Shown: in pieces, positions 1 to 12,932 of the stretch
How positions within the stretch are numbered: the first letter of the stretch is position 1
How the letters are laid out: each line of letters opens with the position of its first letter
Assembly: GCA_964016885.1 (NCBI GenBank)
Contig: OZ024740.1
Location: 278,256,001 to 278,320,000 of the forward strand
Direction of reading: 5' to 3'
DNA: 64,000 nucleotides
Source: Eledone cirrhosa
Lineage: Eukaryota
The notes under the pieces: generated by a model
What the model was told of the DNA's origin: nothing
Seen by the model: only the letters and a program-made list of their open reading frames with translations
Database searches by the model: none
Program-made: the position numbers and the translations under genes

Positions 1-439
1 TTCAAAACCCTTGGCGTAGTAAGGCAAATAATAGACAGAAAATGGCGGTGAAAAACGATTAATCCGAGAAAATATGACGTTAAGAGAAAGTATAAAGGAA
101 GATTATAAGAGAAAAGTATAAAGTAAATATTTATAAATATGCCTGCAAGTACTTAATAGTTCAATTGGTTATTTTATTGCATGTGCATCTTGAAATAAAA
201 TGTACAGTTTCTTAGTTTCGCACAGAAGATAACGTCCGTTTAACGATAAGGTCTCCGCTTTATTTTCAATGTTGATGGGCAGAATTCTTTCACGAACCAA
301 ATGTAGGTGAACATATTTCTCGAAAAGTATTTCTTTGGCTTTATAAAGAAGTTTATATGGCTGTAAAAACTGTAAAAAGTAAATATTAAACTTTTAAACT
401 TGCTTAGGTAGTACCGGATCATCTTCAAATACAGGTATT

Positions 440-1640
440 TCTGCTGACAGGATTCTGTCAATGTCTTCTCTGTGTCTTCGTTTCTTGAGATAACTAACAT
501 ATGGCAATGAGGAAGTCCTGTTTCTTGGGACTCAATGGTGTGAATAAGAGCCACTGGCGCATCACCAAGAATGTGTATTTCTTTGATACCGTTCATCATT
601 TCAGAAAGCCCTCCCTTCAACACCCGGGCAACTAAATCTAGTCTGTTTTCTGCTGCTTCATTTTGATTAAAATTATTTCGAATATCAAGGCATTTAGGGT
701 TGCATGTATAAGTTATAAAAATATCTGGCTTGCCATATTTGACAACAATTGTCATAGCATCCTGAAAGTACTGATGCATGCTACTTGAGCTGCCGGTGAA
801 GGAGGATGGTAAAATAACTCTTTTAACACAGGTTCTGTGTTATCGTCTGCTCCTATTATCTTTAGATAATCCATTAATCCATTGTACACATCCACTCACA
901 ATTGGGCTTGATTGTTCAAGTATTGGAGCCTGCATGCCTCTACTTTCACATAGGCATCCACTACATACTGCTGAAATAATTTGCCTACCCTATGTATCAA
1001 ACTAAATTCTCTTCTATATGCTATATGGTATATGTAATACTCCTGCATTGTCAGTCTATTGCGGACGCAGGTCCTACGTTCCTCTGCATGCTGTATGCCG
1101 CTATGCCACCCAGAATCACCAAATGGAAACAATAAATGGTAGGTCATGAGGTCTAAGTGGTAGCAAGTATATGGTATTTTCTGAGAAATATGGTATTTAG
1201 GGTAGATGACAATATCTCTGTGTACAGGTGGTGCACCATCTATCCCCACAAAAACAAGAGCTATTTCATTGCTAATTGGTAAATTGTAGCAGCTCATATG
1301 TGATCCTCTTGTAAATCTTAATTCACAGTTCTGTATGTTACGATTTTCTCCCTATAATTTTCATTTGTAAATTTTAAAGTTCCACAATGATCGCACGAAG
1401 CATTCAAATCACCAATATGAAATTCTTTTACATTGCCATTAATATTAATTGCTGGGCAATTTCTCCTAAGCGCTCATTATGCATTCTATTATGTCTGGAA
1501 TGAACAGTTCTTCAGCATTCATGTTTTCTATTCTAAGTCTATGCGCATCCCTCCGCAGCTCAAGATAATGTGCTCGTTCATTCTTATGAATGTGATCTCC
1601 CCTTTCTTGTTGCCGAAACCAATCACGCTGTAAATGTAAT
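440..1640 (-). mobile_element. Decayed Helitron Rep (Helitron_like_N / HUH) fragment, frameshifted
   Basis: ORF 896..1297 has YHLLFPFGDSGW and GKLFQQYVVDAYVKVE. ORF 240..779 has QDAMTIVVKYGKPDIFITYTCNPK, RLDLVARV and IESQETGLPHCHML, a decayed IEFQKRGLPHxH HUH motif. Boundaries approximate. Confidence 0.88.
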
Positions 1641-1673
1641 GTATGTTCTTATAGGGCCATATTATCTCTTTTG

Positions 1674-1857
1674 GATTGGCAGTATCGGTAGACGGTCGAA
1701 CGCCATGCTTTGACGCATAGAGTTACGGCCCTTGCCATTCTGAGTTTAAATCCCGCCGAGGTTAACTTTGCCTTTCATCCTTACGGGGTCGATAAAATAA
1801 AGTACCAGTAATACACTGGATAATTGCTGGCCTTGTGCCAAAAGTAGAAACAATTAT
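1674..1857 (+). mobile_element. tRNA-type SINE family A, near full length (short subfamily)
   Basis: A-box-like TGGCAGTATCGG, B-box-like GAGTTTAAATCCC, central GCCTTTCATCCTTACGGGGTCGATAAAATAAAGTACCAG (resembles a Meta-domain-type SINE core, from memory), tail AGAAACAATTAT. About 25 copies in the window. Confidence 0.85.
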
Positions 1858-2229
1858 CTCTTTTGCTTTCTTGTTGTCTGAGTCTTTGTTTTCTCCAAAT
1901 ATTCTTGACGCTTATCTTGAAGCATATTTTCTCTCCTTTTCTGTTACCTTATTCTAGTTTGGTCTACAACAATATGCCTCTGTTCTTTATTCCTCACGTC
2001 TCTGTTGTTGTCGACTTCATTCTCATTCTATTATTTCTTCTCGCTGTTCCTGTCTGATCAATGCTCTGTATCTGCACATCATTTCTCCAGCAGCTTGCAA
2101 CCATCTTTCTTGGCGTAGAAACAATAAACCATTTTATGGAGGCGCTTTTTTGTGCAAATAATAAATGTATGTAATAAATTTATTAATATAGATATATTAG
2201 GCATATGTATGAACTGGTAAGTTAAGGGT

Positions 2230-3075
<846 letters not shown>

Positions 3076-3696
3076 CTTACTAAGGAGTAACGGTACGAAC
3101 GAACGAAACACAAGCAGAATTATAATATGATTATGATGATTATAGAAGAGATATGAAACCATCCGTGGATAGTGAACAGAAACCTTATAAATATCAGAAA
3201 TTAAATTTCAGAGAATAAAAGGTGAATTATAGAAATATATATTGACATGAAATTACTTTTCGTTAACTTTTTATTAATAGAGGAATTTGTTCCGGTTTAA
3301 GTTCAACGTGAGGACGTAGAGCATTAAGTTATTACTGGTCTCAAGTGATTTCTTAAACCAATATCTCTAAAAAGAATTGTAGGGTCATTTCTCAGTCAAA
3401 TTTGTGACAATTCATTCGGTGTGCATTTAAGAGCCTGTTATTGCTGTATTTTTGAAGAGATATGACAGAGATATGTTTACGGAAAGAGACTAAGATGCTT
3501 TACTAGCAGTGATATAATCGTGATTAAACAAGCTAAGCGAAGGCGGCTCTGCTCGTGTGGACACTGACCCCTACAAAACAGAGATATTACTAGTTTCACA
3601 ACCCCACTCCACCCCCTTTCTACCGTCTTATACCATCTGAAACTATTTCTCATTTCCAGCAACAAGTTTCCTCCATTTTACACGAACTTGTCGCTA

Positions 3697-6042
3697 AAGT
3701 TATTGTCCGCCAACGCTATTGTCCACAAACGTTATTGTCCACCAACGCTATTGTCCACCAACGCTATTGTCCACCAACGCTATTGTCCACCAATGCTATT
3801 GTCTACCAATGCTATTGTCAACCAACGTTATTGTCCACCAACGTTATTATCCACCAACGCTATTGTCCACCAACGTTATTGTCCACCAACGTTATTGTCC
3901 AACAACGCTATTGTCCACCAAAGTTATTGTCCACCAACGCTATTGTCCATCAACGCTATTGTCCACCAACGGTATTGTCAACCAACGTTATTTTCCACCA
4001 ACGCTATTGTCCACCAACGTTATTGCCCACCATCGCTATTGTCCACCAATGCTATTGTCAACCAACGTTATTGTCCACCACCGTTATTGTCAACCAACGC
4101 TATTGTCCACCAACGCTATTGTCCACCAACGTTATTGTCCACCAACGTTATTGTCCACCAACGTTATTGTCCAGCACTGTTATTGCCCACCAACGCTATT
4201 GTCCACCAACGCTATTGTCCACCAACGCTATTGTCCACCAACGTTATTGTCGACCAACGCTATTGTCCACCAACGGTATTGTCCACCAACGTTATTGTCC
4301 ACCAAAGTTATTGTCCAGCACTGTTATTGCCCACCAACGCTATTGTCCACAAACGCTGTTGTCCACCCACGCTATTGTCCACCAACGCTATTGTCCACCA
4401 ACGTTATTGTCCACCAACATTATTGTCCACCAACGTTATTGTCCACCAACGTTATTGTCCACCAACGTTATTGTCCACCAACGCTATTGTCCACCAACGT
4501 TTTTGTCCACCAACGTTATTGTCCACCCACGCTATTGTCCACCAACGTTATTGTCCACCAACGCTATTGTCCACCAACGTTATTGTCCACCAATGTTATT
4601 GTCGACCAACGCTATTGTCCACCAACGGTATTGTCCACCAACGTTATTGTCCACCAACGTTATTGTCAGCCAACGCTATTGTCCACCAACGCTATTGTGC
4701 ACCAACGCTATTGTCCACCAACGCTGTTGTCCACCAACGCTGTTGTCCACCAACGCTATTGTCCACCAACGCTATTGTCCACCAACGTTATTGTCCACCA
4801 ACGTTATTGTCCACCAACGTTATTGTCCACCAACGCTATTGTCCACCAACGTTTTTGTCCACCAACGTTATTGTCCACCCACGCTATTGTCCACCAACGT
4901 TATTGTCCACCAACGCTATTGTCCACCAACGTTATTGTCCACCAATGTTATTGTCGACCAACGCTATTGTCCACCAACGGTATTGTCCACCAACGTTATT
5001 GTCCACCGACGTTATTGTCAGCCAACGCTATTGTCCACCAACGCTATTGTGCACCAACGCTATTGTCCACCAACGCTGTTGTCCACCAACGCTATTGTCC
5101 ACCAACTCTGTTGTCCACCAACGCTATTGTCCACCAACGTTATTGTCCACCAACGCTATTGTCCACCAACGTTATTGTCCACCAATGTTATTGTCCACCA
5201 ACGCTGTTGTCCACCAACGTTATTGTCCACCAATGTTATTGTCCACCAACGCTGTTGTCCACCAACGTTATTGTCCACCAACGTTATTGTCAGCCAACGT
5301 TATTGTCCACCAACGCTATTGTCCACCAACGCTATTGTCCACCAACGTTATTGTCCACCAACGTTATTGTCAGCCAACGTTATTGTCCACCAACGCTATT
5401 GTCCGCCAACGGTATTGTCCACCAACGTTATTGTCCACCAACGTTATTGTCCACCAACGTTATTGTCCACCAACGCTATTGTCCACCAACGGTATTGTCC
5501 ACCAACGTTATTGTCCACTAACGTTATTGTCAGCCAACGCTATTGTCCACCAACGTTATTGTCCACCAACGCTATTGTCCACCAACGTTATTGTCCACCA
5601 ACGTTATTGTCCACCAACGCTATTGTCCACCAACGGTATTGTCCACCAACGTTATTGTCCACCAACGTTATTGTCAGCCAACGCTATTGTCCACCAACGT
5701 TATTGTCCACCAACGCTGTTGTCCACCAACAGGTTGACTTTGCCTTTCATCCTTACGGGGTCGATAAAATAAAGTACCAGTAATGCACTGGATAATTGCT
5801 GGCCTTGTGCCTAACGTAGAAACAGTTATTGTCCACCAACGCTATTGTCCACCAACGGTATTGTCCACCAACGGTATTGTCCACCAACGGTATTGTCCAC
5901 CAACGCCATTGTCCACCAACGTTATTGTCCACCAACGTTATTGTCCAACAACGTTATTGTCCACCAACGTTATTGTCCACCAACGTTATTGTCCACCAAT
6001 GTTATTGTCCACCAACGCTATTGTCCACCAATGTTATTGTCA
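3697..6042 (+). repeat. 16-bp minisatellite (GTCCACCAACG[C/T]TATT), ~140 units, interrupted by a SINE
   Basis: Unit is directly visible. The 16-aa periodicity (PPTLLSTNAIVHQRYC) in all three plus frames equals 3 x 16 bp. Confidence 0.97.
5731..5830 (+). mobile_element. 5'-truncated SINE family A inserted in the minisatellite
   Basis: GGTTGACTTTGCCTTTCATCC...GTAGAAACAGTTATT, flanked on both sides by array units. Confidence 0.9.
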
Positions 6043-7130
6043 ACGCACCCCGCAACTCCACAATCGACTTCCTCCCCAAAATACACACATCGGACACCCC
6101 TTTGCGTCTCATTGTCTCCGCCTGTAATTGCCCAATCGTTCTAGTTTCGGCTTTCTTTGGCTCCATACTTGCAACCCCCAGCCGCCACCCAATCATCCCA
6201 CATCTCCGACACTAACCACTCCCTCCATCTCTTTGACACATTCTTCTTCCTACCTGACCCACTCTTCACACTCCACATAACGTCCCTCCACACTGAGTGC
6301 TTGCTCGCCCTCCAACACTTCCTCGACATTTGCCCTTCCCTCAACCCTTACCTGCACCAATATTCTTTTGGCTGTGCTGGTCCTCCCCCACAACTGTTCC
6401 TCCTTCTTGGATGAGATTTACCAACAGCCGACGCGGTGGCGATGGACACAACAATGGTTCCCAGCTACGCCAACTTATTCGTCGGCTATGTTGAGACCAA
6501 AACTTATTCCTAATATACCGACCCAACCCCGAGCTATACGGATGTTACATTGATGACTGTATCGATGCCTCATCACTCAGCCGGGAACAGCTATACCCCT
6601 TCCTCTCTTCTGTTCCTTCCATTCCACCCTTGACATCACCTTCTTTATCGCCATCACTTCCGTCCGCTTCCTGAACATATCTGTCTCGATTGACCCTCCC
6701 ATCGCTCCCTCCTCCAAACCCACCGACTTCCATTCATACTTAGACTTCCCCTCCTCCCATGCCACACTCACCAAACACCTCAACCCCTATTTCTTTTCCG
6801 CCGCCTGTGTAGTGAAACCCATGATTTTGAGATTCAGGCTCAATACATGGTTAGACATTATATTCGGCGTGGATACCCCCCACACCTTGATCCAAGCCAA
6901 TTTCACCCGTTCTTGTGAAGTTTACCATGCCACTGCCCTTACACCACGCATCTCCTACCAACTGACTACCATTCCCTTTCACCAACCATCCACCAGAAGA
7001 GGGTTCTCCGTCTCTTCCACCATTTGCCTATAGTCAGATCACTCCACTGCCTCCATTTCTCCTTCTACACGTTCCCTCGTTTAAGCACGCACGCAACATT
7101 AAGAACATACTCATCCGTACTTCCCTTCCT
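6043..7130 (+). mobile_element. Decayed Penelope-like element reverse transcriptase
   Basis: Motifs across frames: FLPKIHTSDTPLRLIVSACNCP, SHISDTNHSL, LFTLHITSLHT, GVAMDTTMVPSYANLFVGYVE, CYIDDCI, RRLCSE...RRGYP, ARNIKNILIR. Many frameshifts. Confidence 0.85.
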
Positions 7131-7823
7131 TTCCACAAATCCTCTCGTGGATTCTACCCCTGCTTTCCACTCCACTCCCACACATGCAGCTTCATCACAC
7201 GCTCGAACACTCTTACCGGACCCAGCGGCTGCTCCTTTCATGTACATTCGCATTCACATTAGCATAGCATCGTATATTGTTGTGTTACTATGACGATATA
7301 AAGGTCGATCTATGTTTATTTTCAGTCCTGTTGTTGTACCTTTTGGAGTACTAGAACTGTTTTCAACACGCTGTCCTGTTATGTATATGTGTGTGCATGT
7401 GCATATGCATACATTTATATGTATGAGTATATAAATATAAACGCGCTAACACAGACACACTTACAAAAATACACACTCACAGACATATATTCACACAACT
7501 ACACATACATTCACACAAACATACACATATATTCACACAAACATACACACATACATTTACACAAACATACACATACACATACACTCACACAGCGTTGCAA
7601 ATGAAACGTCAGCCGCTATTTCGCTATAGTTTTTTCACCATCCCTTTTCTTCATTTTACACACATATACATTTCACACAAACACGTACGCACACGCACGC
7701 ACACACACACATTGTGTGACATACTGAAGTCGCTCAAATTTATATATAGAAGGTTGTGTTTTTTTCTCATAAATTTTATTTATCTTTGATACACGCACAG
7801 GCAAACCGCGCAACATATACGAT

Positions 7824-8014
7824 AATAATTGTTTCTACTTTTGGAACAAGGCCAGCAATTATCCCAGTGCATTTTTTTTATCCCAGTACTTTATTTTATC
7901 AACCGCGTAAGGATGAAAGGCAAAGTTAACCTCGGCGGGATTTGAACTTAGACCGTAAAGTGCCGTAACTCAATGCTGCAAGCATGGCGTACGACACTCT
8001 ACCGATACTGCCAA
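7824..8014 (-). mobile_element. SINE family A
   Basis: Reverse complement of the 1674-1857 element. Confidence 0.88.
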
Positions 8015-8283
8015 TAATATGTACCATCAAGATTAATCTATGCATCACTCCAACAACACATACATACACAAAATAAAATTAAAAACAACATAAACAATCA
8101 CATGCCCCAGTTTTGGCCTCTTCTAGCTGTGGACTTCATCCTTCTGTTTCTTCTGCTCCTCAAGGTATAATGTGTGATACGTTGAACTTTCCTTCTTCCT
8201 TTTTCTTCCAAGCGTTAAACTAATAAAGTGTTATTGTATCTCTATAATTTTCCTTTTTTAACCATATATATATATATATATAC

Positions 8284-8330
<47 letters not shown>

Positions 8331-8352
8331 AGCCCCCTTCTCTCTCTCTCTG

Positions 8353-8383
<31 letters not shown>

Positions 8384-8419
8384 ATTATCCTATATTATAT
8401 TATACTATATTATATTATA

Positions 8420-8525
8420 GCCGAAGTTAACTTTGCCTTTCATCCTTACGGGGTCGATAAAATAAAGTACCAGTAATGCACTGGGTAATTTCTGGCCTTG
8501 TGCCTAAAGTAGAAACAATTATATT
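8420..8525 (+). mobile_element. SINE family A, 5'-truncated
   Basis: Core and tail match the family. Confidence 0.85.
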
Positions 8526-8637
8526 ATATTATATTATATCCTGTTGTATCACAAGTTCAAAATCAACGGTCCAGGGCCGTCTAACTCCTTTGAGAGGAAC
8601 TGCTCCCTGGTTGACCTCTACCGCTTCTTATATTTGC

Positions 8638-8835
8638 GGGATGGTCATATTGCCAATATTGGCATAGAAAGAAACACACGCACCATATAATTTTCACTTA
8701 TAGTCATTGCGGAGGTCACATATTGTGTGATGAAAGAACTTTGACAAACGAATGAATAACGAACAGTAAAGATAATGTGAAAATATGGTGCGTGTGTTTC
8801 CTTCTATTGGCAATATTGGCAACATTACCATCCCC
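8638..8835. repeat. Imperfect inverted repeat (~60-bp arms) enclosing a decayed hammerhead-like motif
   Basis: GGGATGGTCATATTGCCAATATTGGC...CACACGCACCATAT pairs with ATATGGTGCGTGTG...GGCAATATTGGCAACATTACCATCCC. Arms resemble the PLE terminal repeat at 12940. Confidence 0.75.
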
Positions 8836-9018
8836 AGAAAATATGAGTTTCAACACACGATTTCACAACAAGAATCTTGCAGAACAAATACATATATATG
8901 TTGGGGGTATGTTCGTGCATAGAACAATGAAAAAAAGACAGAAGTTGGAGTTAGGTAGTTAATTAGTTCATTGTTTTTCTATATATATATATATATATAT
9001 GTCTGTGTGTGTGTATAT

Positions 9019-9097
<79 letters not shown>

Positions 9098-9689
9098 AAA
9101 TATACAGAATGGTGGCTAGAAAATTTGTCAAACTGTGATTTATTTTTACAAAGACTAATGTTACAAAGCATTACAATCATAAATACTCAAAATCTCGTAT
9201 GTGCACTTCATGACAAATTTTCCGCTTTTCCAGCGACCACCCTGTATTTTATACAACTGTTATTTTGTTTTAATTTTTTTTTTTTTTTTGAAGAGGCAGC
9301 GCTTGTAACGTTTTTGTTGGGTCTCCAAGACATCACGCGGAAGACCCAAATAACAGATTTTCGTAAATTAATCCCAAAACACAGATCAGAGACCAGTTAA
9401 TGCAATCAATAGCCAAAAGGTGGTGTTAAACCAATTGTCGGACGATATTACCCCTATATATACACCCTGTTAATGATTTTCTGCCAAGTTTCCGTCAATC
9501 TAGTTTTACTCAAGTTTGAGTCGATCCGATGCTACGACAAAATGCCCTCACCTATTGTTACACGTTGTGAATCAAACCAGGCAGCATGATAGCAAATCGC
9601 ACGTCTATATCTGTGATGTGGTTTTTTTTTTTTATAAATATATGCTAATTAATACTATTCAAATAACATATAAATATATATCAAGAACG

Positions 9690-10285
9690 TCGGATAAAAT
9701 GCTTTGCCGCATTCGTTTTGTCTCTTTACTCTCTGAGTTCAAATCATGCCGAGGTCAACTTTACCTTTCATCCATTCGAGGTCGATAAAAAGGTACCATT
9801 CTAGTATTGGGGTCAATCATTCTCCTATATCGCTTTCCCACTTCCTTTCTGTTACTCTCTATCCTTCTCTGGAAGAAATCTGCTGTATTCAGGCTAGAGG
9901 GGAGAATAAGCCCCGCCAGGTTTTAAAATGCCCTAGAAACACCGTATCTCAATGCGGTGCCTCTCCGACTCCCTCGGGGTTTACAGAACTATGCATGCGT
10001 ATATAAAAAAAACACCTGTTTTTCACTAAGTATGTTTTGCTTTGTATTCATCTGTGCAGCATACATAAAAATTGTTTCTGCATTTGGCGCATCTTTTCTA
10101 CATTGTTTCTACATTTGAAGGGACCAACAATTTGAAAGGACGAGGTATGTTGATAAAATCGACTTCAGTGCGTTACTGGTACTTTATCCCGTAAGGATGA
10201 AAGGAAAAGCTAACCTCGGCGGAATTTAAACACAGATTATTAAGGGCCGTAACCTCATGCCGCAAAGCATGACGTCCGACGCTCT
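9690..10285. mobile_element. Two older SINE family A-related copies (+ ~9690-9815; - ~10101-10285)
   Basis: Diverged CCTTTCATCC..GAGGTCGATAAA core and its reverse complement. Confidence 0.7.
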
Positions 10286-10554
10286 ACCGATACTGCTAAT
10301 CCAATGCCTCCAATACACTTAATATCTATTGATTATTGATTACAACTCTATCGTTACTTTCTTCACAGCAGATACATTTCAATATAGAAAAATTATAAAT
10401 AGCTCTAGTATTATATTCTTCCAAAATATAAAGAAAATATGCCCGCTCACAGGTGTATGTGTATATATACATATGAATATGAATATGTATTATATATACC
10501 GGTGCCCCAGCATGGCCTCAACCGGATGGCTGGAACAGGTAAAAGAGTAAAAGA

Positions 10555-10691
<137 letters not shown>

Positions 10692-10741
10692 TAATAAAAT
10701 AACAGGAGGCTGGACTTGTGTAAATCCTTGAAAGGTTTATT

Positions 10742-10799
10742 ATACTATGATCATTTCAATGACCGGGTTCCGTATGAATCCGGTGATATCATCAGGTAT
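10742..10799 (-). ncRNA. Minimal type I hammerhead ribozyme motif
   Basis: Minus strand: ATAC-CTGATGA-[CCGGATTC..GAACCCGG helix II]-GAAA-TGATCA-TA-GTAT. Intact core, palindromic helix III. Confidence 0.75.
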
Positions 10800-12656
10800 T
10801 CGAAATATAACAAAGGAACATAACAGACAAATTCCATGGGGCTGAAAATCATAAACAAGAGGACGACCGACCATCTAGCATCTTCTACCTTAGTCGGTCG
10901 CCCTCAAGTGTTGGCTATTCGGTCTACTTATGACCATCTGTGATGGGGCGAAAGCTTATAATGTACTACTACCTTCCCGTCAAAGAGAAGAAAGAAGAAA
11001 AGTCAGCGTTAGGGTCATGCTACAATCAGGCTAGAAATTGCCGCGAAAAATGTTTTTCCAAAGAACCTATATCTTAACAGAGGCATATAGTGGGTGTCTG
11101 TATGGTATAATGTGTGAACAGAAAATTGGAACGTTAAACTTATGTTTATAGTTATAAGATGAAATTAAAGAATTTAAAAAATTAAAAAAGTTTTTAAAAA
11201 GTTTAAGGTTTGGGTTGTGAGATTTAGTTAAAGAATTTACAGAGAGAGTCTTATGTGAAAAAGTTTAAGTGTATTATAGAGATTCTCGATAAGTTTTCAG
11301 GGTGGGATATCGAGTAATGATTAAGCCCTTGTTTAGCAGTCAATAACACGCGACGACTGCAGACTCCGGCCAGCCCTTCCTAACCACGTGTCAGCCGTTC
11401 CGAGTGATATCGTCTAGCGAAATAGATGGAAATTAATTTTTCCGAGTACTCTAGGAATGTGGCTGTCTTAGGCTTCGGGTGTGTTAGCGGGAAGTCTGCC
11501 ATTGCCGTTAGGCTATCGCTATACCAAACGAATACTATTAATTCACACAGGAGGGGGATTTGTTTACGTGCCAGTAGAGGGAGGCAGGATACAGCTAATA
11601 GTTATAATTAGGCCTAGAATTTAAAGGTACTATATAGCGGTCAAAACCGGCGGCGCGCCGGGCCCCGAAGCGAAGTGAGCCGCTCCGAGTAATTTCATTT
11701 ACCGAAAGAAGGGGAAATTTATTTTTCCAAGCACTCAAAGAAGGCTTATGCACCAGAGCGCCAGGCGCGCAGCCGGGAAAGCCGCCACATCAGTTGGATC
11801 ATCGCGTGTAACCAAACGATTATTATATATTCACACCCGTGATGTGAGGTTGAAAGTGGTAAAACCCGGTGAAATGCCCAAATAGACTATATTTAAGTCC
11901 CCAGTTAGTCCGGGTTATAAGAAGTGTGGTTCTTTGGTGGGTAGAGGGAGATATAAGGGTACAGAGAGTAATATTCTCGTGTCGTGTGCTAATGAGTACA
12001 ATGATAAGTACATAATGAGTAAAGCGAGTGAAAACCTAAATAAAAGGAACAATAAGCAAAAATACATAAATAAATAAAAGTAGAATACAAAGATAAGAAT
12101 GCATTAATAAAAATACATTATTAAAGTAAAAATACATAAATAAACGTCGTCATAGCTAGGATGGTGATGGAGTAAAACGGAAATATATAAGTATATCAAA
12201 TCAAAACACAGGGGAAATACAATATAGATCAAGTTGTAGTTAGATAATACATATAGATATAGAGGATGGAAGAGATGGAATGGTATCAGGTGATACCTAG
12301 TGTATGATCGAGTCTCAGAATTCAGTGTGAGGCACAAAATTCAGTGTGAGTCACAGAATTCAGTGAGAGTGTTTGGGCCCCATTTATGGGTTAAATAATT
12401 ACCTTACTCGAATGGCGCTGGTAAGGTATTATCAACCATTGAGGGCATAATTAACGACACTAGTGTTAAAACCCCCTAACTACACTGTCAAGGAACAGTC
12501 AGGTCATTATGTCTCAGCTGGTTTAGAACCGCAGGGAAGGCCAGTGGGTGATGGGCCATCTCTAAGACACAACTTATAAATAAATATATATATATACAAG
12601 CAAATTATAAACGTAAACATGTTAGTATGTTTTTTGAAACGGTGCGCGAGTTTGAA

Positions 12657-12888
12657 ATTAGAAATTAGAAATTATAAGCTTTCACCGTATTTTAGACTAA
12701 AGAAATTTCTAGCCTGATACTGGGGTTTAAAACCATCGGAGAAATGGAAAAAGATGAGTGTTGCCGTACATGTTGCCTCCCATGTACGGCAACACTCATT
12801 TTTTTCCATTTCTCCGAGGGTTTTAAACCCCACTATCAGGCTAGAAATTTCTTTAGTCTAAAATACGGTGAAAGCTTATAATTTCTAA

Positions 12889-12896
<8 letters not shown>
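12657..12896. repeat. Near-perfect fold-back palindrome (~116-bp arms, 8-nt loop)
   Basis: Arms are reverse complements around the loop TTGCCTCC (12773-12780). Confidence 0.93.

Positions 12897-12927
<31 letters not shown>

Positions 12928-12932
<5 letters not shown>

Noticed and set aside
3688-5783. Three overlapping 600-694 aa ORFs
   Set aside because: The 16-bp unit has no plus-strand stop in any frame, so these are satellite artefacts rather than genes.
3697-6042. CRISPR-like array
   Set aside because: Units are contiguous with no unique spacers, there are no cas genes, and the context is eukaryotic.
11040-11900. Possible LINE 3' remnant on the minus strand with a GC-rich patch
   Set aside because: No motif could be read with confidence.
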